A DNA stretch of 57,641 nt from Deltaproteobacteria bacterium. GTDB taxonomy: Bacteria; Myxococcota_A; UBA9160; SMWR01. The stretch lies in NCBI GenBank assembly GCA_032128375.1, contig JAQBGU010000239.1:1-57641 (forward strand), written 5' to 3'. Shown piece by piece: positions 48,339-57,239 of this stretch (positions are counted from its first letter, which is position 1; the number at the start of each line of letters is the position of its first letter). The notes under the pieces were generated by a model, which worked only from the letters and a program-made list of their open reading frames with translations, ran no database searches and was not told the origin of the DNA. A program made the translations under genes and the position numbers.

Positions 48339-48454
48339 GAGGCGTAGGCTGAACCATGTTGGGTCATCCTGCTGGGCTTCACGGGTCGATGGACGTCGTC
48401 TGTCGGCTCGGATACGTTTTCCCAACCACTTGATCGGCAAGGGGAAATCGCGGG

Positions 48455-50608
48455 ATGCTTCGATTCAACGACATCGCCGACCGTATCCTGGAGTACAACT
48501 CCTCGTGCGATCTCGCGCTGCTACAGAGGGCCTATGTCTATAGCGCGAAGGTTCACGATGGCCAGGAGCGTTTGTCGGGCGAACCCTACCTCGTTCACCC
48601 GCTAGAGGTCGCCGGCATCCTCGTCACGATGAGGATGGACGACGTCACGGTGGCCGCAGGGCTGTTGCACGACGCAATCGAAGACACGCTGACCACGGTG
48701 GAGGAAATCGATCGTCTGTTTGGCAGCGATGTGTCGTTCCTGGTCGAGGGGCTCACGAAGATTGCGAAGATCGAGTTCACGTCCGCGCGCGAGCGCCAGG
48801 CTGAAAATTTTCGAAAAATGCTGGTCGCGATGTCGAAGGACATTCGAATTCTGCTCATCAAGCTCGCAGACCGCATGCACAACATGCGGACGCTGACGTA
48901 CATGTCGGAAGATGCGCGGCAACGCGTCGCACAAGAGACGCTCGACATCTACGCGCCTCTCGCACACCGGCTGGGAATCAATTGGATGAAGCAAGAGCTG
49001 GAAGATCTCGCCTTCCGCACGCTGCATCCACAAGCGGCCGAACAACTGGAAGAACGCCTCCAGTCCAAGCGCCAGCTGCGCGAGCAGTACATCGAAGAGG
49101 TGATCGGCGCGGTCTCCGCCCGGCTCCACGATGCCGGTGTCAAAGCCACGATCACGGGTCGTATGAAGGACCTGTCGTCGATCCACGCCAAGATGGAGAG
49201 CCAGGGGCTCACGCTCGACGACATCTACGACGTGATTGCGTTTCGACTCATCCTGGATGGCGATCAGGAAGGCGTCTACGCCGCACTCGGAATCGTTCAT
49301 TCGATCTGGAGGCCGGTTCCGGGGCGCTTCAAGGACTACGTGGCTCTTCCCAAACCCAACGGCTATCAGTCGCTACACACGACCGTGATCGGCCCGTACG
49401 GCGAGCGGATGGAAGTACAGATCCGCACCGTGGAGATGCACCAGAGCGCGGAGTTCGGCATCGCCGCGCACTGGAAGTACAAGGAGGGTCGTGCCGACGA
49501 TCCGGACGATGCGAAGTTCGCGTGGCTGAGCCAGTTGCTCGAATGGCAGCGTGACGTGGCGGACCCAGACGAATTCCTCGATACCGTCAAGGTGGACCTG
49601 TTCCCCGACGAGGTCTTCGTGTTTACACCCAAAGGCGACGTCATCAATCTTCCCAGAGGTTCGACGCCGCTGGATTTCGCGTACGCCATTCACAGCGAAG
49701 TAGGGGCGCGCTGTGCCAGCGCGCGCGTGAACGGCAAGATGGTGCCCTTGCGCCACCGCCTGCTGAACGGGGACACCCTGGAAGTGGTGACGAGCCAGGC
49801 GCAGTACCCGCGCAAGGATTGGCTGGAGTTCGTGGCGTCGGGAAGAGCGCGGAGTCGAATCCGGCACGCGATCCGGGCCAAGGAGCGCGAACGCAGCCGC
49901 GAGTTGGGGCGCGAGATTCTCGATCGCCAATTGCGCAAGGCTGGCATGTCACTACCGCGCATGCTGGAAAGGGGGGACCTCACAGCGATCGCGAAATCGG
50001 AGACCCACGGATCGATCGATGTGTTGTTTGCATCCATCAGCTATGGGAAAGTCAATGCAGTCGACATCGTGCGGAAGCTCCGCGGCGATGCGCCCGACCC
50101 CGACCCCGAGCCTGAGGCCAAGGCGGTGCGGTTGCGACGACTGTTTCGTCGTCCCGCCAAGCCTTCGACTTCCGGCATTCGCGTGAGCGGACAATCGGAC
50201 GTGTTGGTGCGGTTCGGTCAGTGTTGCGCTCCACTGCCGGGCGACGATGTCATTGGCTTCGTCACCCGCGGGCGCGGTGTCACGGTGCACATGACCAATT
50301 GTGCCAAGGTGTTCAGTCTAGATCCCGCACGCCGCATCGATGTCGACTGGGAGCCCGAGGCGGTGATGCCGCACCGTATCAAGATGCGTGTTCGGTCGGC
50401 CGACCAACCCGGCCTGCTTGCCCAAATTACCAAGACGATTTCAGCGGCTGGGGTGAACATCGCCGGCGCACGAGTGAGCACCAGCGACGATCGCAAGGCG
50501 CTACAGACATTCGACCTCTGGGTCAACGACGTCGGAACGCTGAACACGGTGATGAAACAGATCGGGAAGATCAAGGGCGTGGTCTCGGTCGATCGAATGC
50601 GTTCGTGA
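48455..50608 (+). CDS. rel: Bifunctional (p)ppGpp synthetase/hydrolase (long RSH)
   Basis: Intact hydrolase HD (LLHDAIED), synthetase RFKDY/YQSLHT/EVQIRT, TGS (TPLDFAYAIH), CC zinc region and ACT domain. Confidence 0.95.
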   Translation: MLRFNDIADRILEYNSSCDLALLQRAYVYSAKVHDGQERLSGEPYLVHPLEVAGILVTMRMDDVTVAAGLLHDAIEDTLTTVEEIDRLFGSDVSFLVEGLTKIAKIEFTSARERQAENFRKMLVAMSKDIRILLIKLADRMHNMRTLTYMSEDARQRVAQETLDIYAPLAHRLGINWMKQELEDLAFRTLHPQAAEQLEERLQSKRQLREQYIEEVIGAVSARLHDAGVKATITGRMKDLSSIHAKMESQGLTLDDIYDVIAFRLILDGDQEGVYAALGIVHSIWRPVPGRFKDYVALPKPNGYQSLHTTVIGPYGERMEVQIRTVEMHQSAEFGIAAHWKYKEGRADDPDDAKFAWLSQLLEWQRDVADPDEFLDTVKVDLFPDEVFVFTPKGDVINLPRGSTPLDFAYAIHSEVGARCASARVNGKMVPLRHRLLNGDTLEVVTSQAQYPRKDWLEFVASGRARSRIRHAIRAKERERSRELGREILDRQLRKAGMSLPRMLERGDLTAIAKSETHGSIDVLFASISYGKVNAVDIVRKLRGDAPDPDPEPEAKAVRLRRLFRRPAKPSTSGIRVSGQSDVLVRFGQCCAPLPGDDVIGFVTRGRGVTVHMTNCAKVFSLDPARRIDVDWEPEAVMPHRIKMRVRSADQPGLLAQITKTISAAGVNIAGARVSTSDDRKALQTFDLWVNDVGTLNTVMKQIGKIKGVVSVDRMRS

Positions 50609-51468
50609 CACGGGTGAGCGCATGCGTGATCGCATGCAACGAAGAAGCTGTGCTTGCACGCTGTCTCGATTCGATCGCATGGGTCGATGAACTGATCATA
50701 GTGGTCGACGCGAAGAGCCACGATCGTACCGAAGAGATCGCGCGGGCACGTGCCACGCGAGTGGAAGTCCGCCCCTACCGGGGCGACATTGAACAGAAGC
50801 GCTACTGCACTGAACTCGCCAGCCACGATTGGGTGTTGATCGTGGACCCGGACGAAGTCGTAACCGAGCAACTCGCTGGCGAACTCCAGCAGGTGCTGCG
50901 CCACGGAACGAGCCTCGCTGGCTACGAGATCAACCGGATCACGTTTCACCTCGGCTGCTGGGTGCGCCACGGGGACTTCTTTCCCGACTGGAAGCTGCGC
51001 TTGTTCCGACGCTCGACTGCTCGCTGGGTGGGCACCAACCCACACGGGAGGGTCGAAGTCGATGGCGGCTTGCGAAGGCTCGACGGTGAGATTCAGCACT
51101 ACAGCTACGTCGATCTCGCCGATCACGTCTCGCGGATCCAATCTTTCAGTGCGATGGCCGCGCAGGCGATGCTCAGCTCCGGTAGATGCGTTCGGCTTTC
51201 CGACCTCGTGCTGCGCCCACCAGCGCGTTTCTTGCGCGCGTATTGGCTCAAGGCGGGGTTCCGAGATGGGATACCCGGCTTCATCATCGCGGCGGCCACC
51301 AGCTTCTACGTGTTTTTGAAGTACGCGAAGCTCTGGGAACTGACAATTGTCGAACACAGAGGCCTCGAAGCGAAAGGCCCCGAACAAACACGATCCGCGC
51401 AAGCAGAGGCGCGGCTCCGCGTAGCTGACGATGAGTCGGGCGGCAGGGATCGGTCCGGGCTGCCTTGA
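50605..51468 (+). CDS. GT2 glycosyltransferase (WaaE/KdtX-like LPS glucosyltransferase)
   Basis: VSACVIACNEE, DELIIVVD..S.DRT, WVLIVDPDE, PDWKLRLFR, GFRDG..G. GTG overlaps the rel stop. Confidence 0.85.
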   Translation: MTRVSACVIACNEEAVLARCLDSIAWVDELIIVVDAKSHDRTEEIARARATRVEVRPYRGDIEQKRYCTELASHDWVLIVDPDEVVTEQLAGELQQVLRHGTSLAGYEINRITFHLGCWVRHGDFFPDWKLRLFRRSTARWVGTNPHGRVEVDGGLRRLDGEIQHYSYVDLADHVSRIQSFSAMAAQAMLSSGRCVRLSDLVLRPPARFLRAYWLKAGFRDGIPGFIIAAATSFYVFLKYAKLWELTIVEHRGLEAKGPEQTRSAQAEARLRVADDESGGRDRSGLP

Positions 51469-52598
51469 AGATTCTGCACGTGACCGCGGACTGGAAGTGG
51501 ACCGGTCCCGCCGGACCGATGTTGGAGTTGCTGCTTGCACAACGAGACCGCGGCTGGTCCGTGGATCTCGCCTGTCCGGAACCCGAGCCGAACGCGTCGA
51601 CGTCGCTTTGGCAGCGGGCCCGAGCCGCGGGTGTGACTCCTTCGCTCGCGCTGTCGCGGGGCCGCGGTGTTTCGCCGTGGCGCGATCGCGTGGATGCCGG
51701 ACGGCTTGCCCAGTTGGTCTCGCAGCGAGACTTCGAGATTGTTCATACCTGGCACACGAGAGACCACGTACTTGCGATACGCGCGCTGGGCGATCGCCGA
51801 CGCCAGCGCCTGACACGGGTGGTGCGCTCGTATCGGAACGCCGAGTCGATTCGCGCGTGGCCGTGGAACCGCTGGCTCTTCGGTCCAGGGACGGATGCAC
51901 TTCTGTGTGTGTCTCCCAACACCGCCGACATCAATGCGTCGATTCGACGCGGACGGCCGGTGAGAGGTGAATTCGGTGCGGTCGACCTGCTTCACTTCAC
52001 ACCTCGACCGCAGCAGCAGCAGCAGAGCGTGCGCAAGTCGCTCGACCTCGGGGAAGACGACTTGGTGATCGGCATCGTTGCGCGCGTCCAACGCAAGCGT
52101 CGCTTCGATCTGCTGCTGGCAGCGATGCAACGGCTCGCCGCGATACAGCCGCGGGCGCGCTTGTTGATTATTGGCCGCGGAACCTACCTGAACGAGGTCG
52201 CGCGGGTGACGGCACAAAAGCTCGGCATTATCGACCGCGTCCGTTTCGCCGGTTATCTCGGCGCGGAATACGCCGATGTACTGCGCGCGGCCGACATCTT
52301 CACGTTTTTGGTACCGGGCTCGGACGGCACCTGTCGCGCGCTTCTCGAAGCTGCGGCCTGTGGCCTGCCGGCGGTCGTAACGCGGCGTGGTTCGCTCGCC
52401 GAGATCGTCGTCGATGGGGAAACCGGCCTCGTGGTCGACGAGGATCCCGAATCACTGGCGAGCGCGTGGGGACGTCTACTCGACGAACCGGCTCTGGCCT
52501 CGCAGATGGGAGCCGCCGCGCGCATGAGGGCGGAGAGCACGTTTGCTCCGGGACACCTCGCCGATACCGTCGCGGAGCTCTACGCCGACTCCTCATGA
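51465..52598 (+). CDS. GT4 glycosyltransferase
   Basis: KILHV, IGIVARV..K, LLEAAACGLPAVVT..G...EIVVDGETG. Confidence 0.88.
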   Translation: MKILHVTADWKWTGPAGPMLELLLAQRDRGWSVDLACPEPEPNASTSLWQRARAAGVTPSLALSRGRGVSPWRDRVDAGRLAQLVSQRDFEIVHTWHTRDHVLAIRALGDRRRQRLTRVVRSYRNAESIRAWPWNRWLFGPGTDALLCVSPNTADINASIRRGRPVRGEFGAVDLLHFTPRPQQQQQSVRKSLDLGEDDLVIGIVARVQRKRRFDLLLAAMQRLAAIQPRARLLIIGRGTYLNEVARVTAQKLGIIDRVRFAGYLGAEYADVLRAADIFTFLVPGSDGTCRALLEAAACGLPAVVTRRGSLAEIVVDGETGLVVDEDPESLASAWGRLLDEPALASQMGAAARMRAESTFAPGHLADTVAELYADSS

Positions 52599-53380
52599 TG
52601 CTGATTGATTTCGAGGTACACGCGGAGCCAGCGCACACCGATGTAGAACGGCAGCGTGTCGAGCAGCGCGATGACCATCTTGAACACATAACCCGAGCCG
52701 ATGAAAATCCACAGCTGAGGCCACACCGCCAGGTTTTCGTCGATTGGGAGCGCATGCGCGTAAAAGTGCGTGATGGTGATGACCGTGAAGGTGTCAACGA
52801 GCTGGCTCGCTAGTGTGGAGCCGTTGTTGCGCAGCCACAGGTGGCGACCCTTTGTGAGACGCTTCCAGAAGTGAAACAAGTACACGTCGCAAAACTGCGC
52901 CGCCATGTACGCCAGCATCGATGCGACTACAGCGCCCATCGTCAACATTCTGATCCGATAGAACGCGAAGTCGTACGCTTCGATCGGAGGCAGGCCGGTC
53001 GCCATATCGATTCTCGGCGTCGGCGGCAGTGCTCCCCCCAACCACATGAACAGCACGACCCACAGGTTCAACATCAAGCCGACCCACACCACGAAATTGG
53101 CTCGCCTCTGCCCGTAGATTTCGCTGATGAAATCCGTGCACAGGAATGTGATGGGGTAGGGCAGTACCCCCACTGCCAGCGCCATCGGGACCCGCACTCC
53201 GAAAAGATCGAAAGACAGGTCGATGAAGCGCGATATCCCGAGGATGTTCAGCATCGTCATCGAACCCAAAAACAGGCCCGCCAGTACCAGAAACACGCGT
53301 TCGCGACGCGCTTGGAGCTCGGATGCCTCGATCGGGTGCAGTTCACTCACGGCGCGTGAGCTTAGCGTCCGAAGGCCCAT
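52580..53380 (-). CDS. yhhQ: Queuosine precursor transporter (YhhQ/Vut_1)
   Basis: GVLPYPITFLCTDFISEIYG, ASMLAYMAAQFCDV, HLWLRNNGSTLASQLVDT, K...ALLDT. Start uncertain (53380/53350). Confidence 0.9.
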   Translation of the reverse strand: MGLRTLSSRAVSELHPIEASELQARRERVFLVLAGLFLGSMTMLNILGISRFIDLSFDLFGVRVPMALAVGVLPYPITFLCTDFISEIYGQRRANFVVWVGLMLNLWVVLFMWLGGALPPTPRIDMATGLPPIEAYDFAFYRIRMLTMGAVVASMLAYMAAQFCDVYLFHFWKRLTKGRHLWLRNNGSTLASQLVDTFTVITITHFYAHALPIDENLAVWPQLWIFIGSGYVFKMVIALLDTLPFYIGVRWLRVYLEINQHHEESA

Positions 53381-53463
53381 GGTCGAGCGTTCGATCGACT
53401 CGGGACTGGACGCCACCGATTTCCCCAGAGACAATCGGCCAAATCAATCGAGCGGAGTTGACG

Positions 53464-53895
53464 ATGAGCGAGCCATCAGCTCACCAGGACCGATTTGCCG
53501 CGCAGCATGTGATCATCCGATATGCGGCTTGCATCGACGATCGGGACTTCGAAAGGTACCGCGAGTGCTTCACTACCGATGTCGAACTCCACGGTTTCGG
53601 CACCGAAGTCATTCGCGGCGTCGACGCGTGGATCGATTTTGTCCACAAAGCCCTCTCGAATTTTGCTGCCACACAACACATGCTAGGCCCGCCGCTGGTC
53701 GAGATGAGCGGCGGTTCCGCCGAAATGCGAACCGATCTGCAGGCCCAGCATTTCCTGAGCGAGCCGAAGGGCCGGATTTTCACACTGTGGGGGACCTATC
53801 GCACTTCACTGGTGCGTATCGATCGTGAGTGGAGGATCAAGCGTCACGAACTGCTGACGCGCGCGACTCGCTCGAGCGACGCGTATCGCGCCTGA
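53464..53895 (+). CDS. SnoaL/NTF2-like protein
   Basis: RYA..ID.RD......FT.D, TQHMLG, G.Y...LVR....WRI. ATG 53464 follows GGAG. Confidence 0.85.
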   Translation: MSEPSAHQDRFAAQHVIIRYAACIDDRDFERYRECFTTDVELHGFGTEVIRGVDAWIDFVHKALSNFAATQHMLGPPLVEMSGGSAEMRTDLQAQHFLSEPKGRIFTLWGTYRTSLVRIDREWRIKRHELLTRATRSSDAYRA

Positions 53896-53919
53896 TTGTC
53901 AACCCAAGGGCCGTCTGCT

Positions 53920-53977
53920 TTCGCCCCGGATTCGAATCAGTCTCTGGGGGCGAACAGTCGCTCACGGGGAGTGACTG
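53920..53977. terminator. Tandem hairpins between convergent genes
   Basis: TTCGCCCC...GGGGCGAA (53920-53954) and CAGTCGCTC-ACGGG-GAGTGACTG (53955-53977). Confidence 0.45.
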
Positions 53978-53995
53978 GAAACGCGTCTCATCGGC

Positions 53996-55492
53996 TCACT
54001 CTTCACGCTTGATGCGTTCGCTCTTGATGCGCTGCATCTCGTCGAAACCCACCCACACTTCGCCGCTCTTCGGGCCTTCTCTTCGGCGGCGGGAATCCAC
54101 TTTCATCCATCCGCCGTCTGGGCCGCGAAAATACAGCGATTCCTCCTTTTGCTTCTCCCAGCGTTCGGTGCGCGTGGAATCGCGCTCGTGTGCCTCTTCT
54201 GCCAGTCGCGTTCGCCGTTGTTCGTCACTCTCGCCGCTCCTCGACGCGGATGCGGGAAGCGCCGCACCGGGACCGTCTCCCGCCCCAACGGGCACACCGG
54301 GAACGACGGATCCTGCGGGGAGTGCGATCTCCACCCACTCGTCGTCGGCCGTGCGTCGCATTACGTGAATCGGTCGGCCTGCGGTCACCTGTTCCACCAG
54401 TTCACTGAGCACGGGTGCCGTGCCGCGGTTCGCAGAGTGAAAAATGTCGCCGGCCTGCAAGCCGAGACGCGAGGCCGGAGTATCGGGGAGGACTCCGGTC
54501 ACCTGGTAGGCGGACGGGTTAGGGTACAGAAATAGCCCCGTCCTTCGTGTCGCCGCGTACTCGACGCCCTGGTAGGTGACCCGGGTGCTTTCGCGTCGGA
54601 GCCAGATGCGTTGGCGGGGGTAGTCGATGCGAATCGTGAACTGTTGCAAGGTGTCGTAGCCGATCACCGAGTCGGTGCTGGTGCCCTGGTTGTACCAACC
54701 ACGCGGCGCGACCAGCACCGGCATGGCATCGAAGGCGAACCCTCCCAGCGTGAAGCTCTCGGTCTCGTAGAGGCTCACCGGCATCCGGCCCATCACGGTG
54801 CCGAAGACCGCATAGGGAGGGAGAGATTCAACATCCACTCCGAGTTTTGTTGCGGCTTTACCCGACAGGATCATCGGGCAGGGAGAGCCGGTGTCGAGCA
54901 GGACCGCCAGTCTCTTGCCGTTCATTCCGATCTCGATGATCGGTCGGTCCGCGACGACTCGGATCGGAACCACTGCCTCGTTGGATGCGCTCACTGCCTC
55001 GGGGACCTGGAACTTTTTTGCATCCAGGAATGTGACCTGATGCGCGCCGAAATTCAGCTCGACAACGTAATCCCGCAGGAAATTTCCGCCCAGCAATCCG
55101 TACTCCCAACCCGTTTTCGAGCCGGTATCGCTGGTTTCTGTGTCGACCAAGAACTGGAGGTCTCGGCCCAACTTCGTCGCGCGTCTGTACGGCGTCGACT
55201 TGGTTCGTCGCACGGTGACACCAAGGGAGCGCGCGAACAGCGGCGTGAAGACGCTGAAAACCGCGCCGGTATCGAGCATGACTTCGAGCGGCCGGTTTCC
55301 ATCGGGCGCCAGGTTCAAGATGATTCGATTGGCCTGATCCGACGGCTCGAACGGCAATGTCGCGATCACGGCATCCCGCGGCGGCGCGGGTGAGCCCGCG
55401 TGTGCGGGCCGTGTGTCCCCGGTCTCGGCGGCTCCACCCGTCGAGGCCCCCACCACCAGTAATCCGATCAGTCCGCTTCTCCATCGCGTCAC
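53996..55492 (-). CDS. Secreted tandem retropepsin-type aspartyl protease with PDZ-like domain
   Basis: Signal peptide; MLDTGA...GLLGGNFL and LLDTGS...VIGYDTL; PDZ-like VTGVLPDTPASRLGLQAGDI. Confidence 0.85.
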   Translation of the reverse strand: MTRWRSGLIGLLVVGASTGGAAETGDTRPAHAGSPAPPRDAVIATLPFEPSDQANRIILNLAPDGNRPLEVMLDTGAVFSVFTPLFARSLGVTVRRTKSTPYRRATKLGRDLQFLVDTETSDTGSKTGWEYGLLGGNFLRDYVVELNFGAHQVTFLDAKKFQVPEAVSASNEAVVPIRVVADRPIIEIGMNGKRLAVLLDTGSPCPMILSGKAATKLGVDVESLPPYAVFGTVMGRMPVSLYETESFTLGGFAFDAMPVLVAPRGWYNQGTSTDSVIGYDTLQQFTIRIDYPRQRIWLRRESTRVTYQGVEYAATRRTGLFLYPNPSAYQVTGVLPDTPASRLGLQAGDIFHSANRGTAPVLSELVEQVTAGRPIHVMRRTADDEWVEIALPAGSVVPGVPVGAGDGPGAALPASASRSGESDEQRRTRLAEEAHERDSTRTERWEKQKEESLYFRGPDGGWMKVDSRRRREGPKSGEVWVGFDEMQRIKSERIKREE

Positions 55493-55739
55493 GGATCACC
55501 CCGGCATTGGGTTTCGCTCGGAGCCATCATCTCACTGCGCACCGCGAAGGGCAAGTGGGAACGCGCCGCGTCGGTCCAAGCGATGGAACGCGGCACAGGA
55601 TCTCCGCCGGCGTACAGCAAGGCGGGCCTGAGCTCGGCTCCCGCGATGCCGGGATCCGACACGCTTCTGTTCGCGGTCGACATAGGGAGCCGAGAATGGC
55701 GCTGGTACTCTCTGTTCGAACCTGACTGGGGAGAATCGA

Positions 55740-57116
55740 ATGAGCGCGAGCGCGACGGGCGATGCGAACGAGGCGATCCAGAAGCCTTTTCATCTGCAGG
55801 GGAATTTCGCTCCCGTCACAGACGAGGTGACGGGTTTCGATCTCGAAGTGGTCGAAGGTGCGATTCCGCCGGAGCTCAATGGGATCTACATTCGCAACAG
55901 TGCGAACCCGGTCAGCGGCAGCTCGAATCATTGGTTCATGGGCGACGGCATGCTGCACGGGGTGCGCCTGGAAGCGGGTCGCGCGGCTTGGTATCGCAAC
56001 CGCTATGTAAGGACGCCCTACCTCCAGAACCCCGACATTGCGCGAATGAGTGCCGATGGGAGGACGGATCGAAGCGTTTCGAAGGCCAATACGAGTGTGA
56101 TCCGGCACGCGGGCCAGATCCTGGCCCTGGAAGAAGGTTCGTTCCCGTACATCGTCACCGGCGAACTCGAGACGGTCGGATTCAATGACTACGAAGGGAA
56201 GCTCGATACCGCGATGAGCGCGCACGCGAAGATCTGTCCGGTTAGCGGCGAGCTGCTGTTCTTCGGCTACTCACCGTTTCCGCCATACCTGACCTATCAC
56301 CGTGTCAGTCGCGACGGAAAGCTGGTGCAGAGCGAAGTGATCAACGTGGCTGGGCCGACGATGATGCACGACTTCGCGGTAACCGAACACTACGCGCTGT
56401 TCCTCGATCTACCGGTGATCTTCGACATGCAGCTCGCGAGTCAGGGGCAGATGCCGTTTCACTGGAGCGATGACTACCAGGCGCGCATCGGCATCATGCC
56501 CCGCACAGGCAACAACAACGACGTGAAGTGGTTCGACGTCGAACCCTGCTACATCTTTCACGGTCTCAACGCGTACGAGGACGGCGATAGCGTCGTCTTC
56601 GACGCCAGCCGGTCCAGTGAGATGTGGCGCCAGGCGGGGTCGATGAGCGGAGGCGGGGGACGACTTACGCTGCACCAGTTCCGCTTCGATTTGAATACCG
56701 GCAGCGTGACAGAGCAGACGCTCGACGAACGTCCGCTCGAGTTTCCGCGCGTCGCCGAGTCGATGGTCGGCCAGAAACATCGCTACGGCTTCACTCTGCA
56801 TCTCGGTTCTGCGAGTGATGGCAGCCCGGATCTCACCGGACTAGTCAAAGTCGATCTCGATCGCGGCAGCTCCGAGAGCCACGGTTTTGGTGAGTTCGGA
56901 AAGCCTTCCGAGCCCACGTTCGTACAAGCCGCGGGTAGCGACGCGCGCAGCGATGAAGGCTACGTGTTCAGCTACGTGCACGACGAGAGCAGGCGACAGA
57001 CCCAGCTCGTGATTCTCGATGCGACACGAATCGCTGACAATCCGGTCGCACGCATCGCGCTGCCGCAACGCGTTCCGTATGGGTTCCACGGAAACTGGAT
57101 GCCGGATGCTGCATAA
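55740..57116 (+). CDS. Carotenoid oxygenase family (RPE65/lignostilbene dioxygenase-like)
   Basis: GNFAPV, HWFMGDGMLH; four Fe-ligand His in SAHAK, MMHDF, IFHGLN and GFHGNW; EFPR; GGGAG RBS. Confidence 0.94.
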   Translation: MSASATGDANEAIQKPFHLQGNFAPVTDEVTGFDLEVVEGAIPPELNGIYIRNSANPVSGSSNHWFMGDGMLHGVRLEAGRAAWYRNRYVRTPYLQNPDIARMSADGRTDRSVSKANTSVIRHAGQILALEEGSFPYIVTGELETVGFNDYEGKLDTAMSAHAKICPVSGELLFFGYSPFPPYLTYHRVSRDGKLVQSEVINVAGPTMMHDFAVTEHYALFLDLPVIFDMQLASQGQMPFHWSDDYQARIGIMPRTGNNNDVKWFDVEPCYIFHGLNAYEDGDSVVFDASRSSEMWRQAGSMSGGGGRLTLHQFRFDLNTGSVTEQTLDERPLEFPRVAESMVGQKHRYGFTLHLGSASDGSPDLTGLVKVDLDRGSSESHGFGEFGKPSEPTFVQAAGSDARSDEGYVFSYVHDESRRQTQLVILDATRIADNPVARIALPQRVPYGFHGNWMPDAA

Positions 57117-57201
57117 GTGTAGTGGTGTCGTAGTCTGAACGGGCGACGTACGACCTTGCGATAGCGGGGCTCGATCGGTTACGCGTGAAACGAAACCGAT
57201 T

Positions 57202-57239
57202 GCCGCCCGAGGGGGGTAATCCGCCGCCCCCCGGGCGGC
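57202..57239. terminator. Strong GC hairpin, possible terminator (T-rich tail on the minus strand)
   Basis: GCCGCCCG-A-GGGGG...CCCCC-CGGGCGGC; the minus strand continues AATCGGTTTCGTTTC. Confidence 0.45.

Noticed and set aside
52011..52025. (CAG)5 tract in the GT4 gene as a phase-variation switch
   Set aside because: A triplet repeat keeps the frame and is too short for on/off switching.
53381..53463. preQ1 riboswitch upstream of yhhQ
   Set aside because: No preQ1-I stem-loop with an A-rich 3' tail is visible on the minus strand.
55683..55735. TPP riboswitch (AGGGAGCC...GAACCTGA)
   Set aside because: Lacks the CTGAGA element and the 3' GCGnAGG segment.
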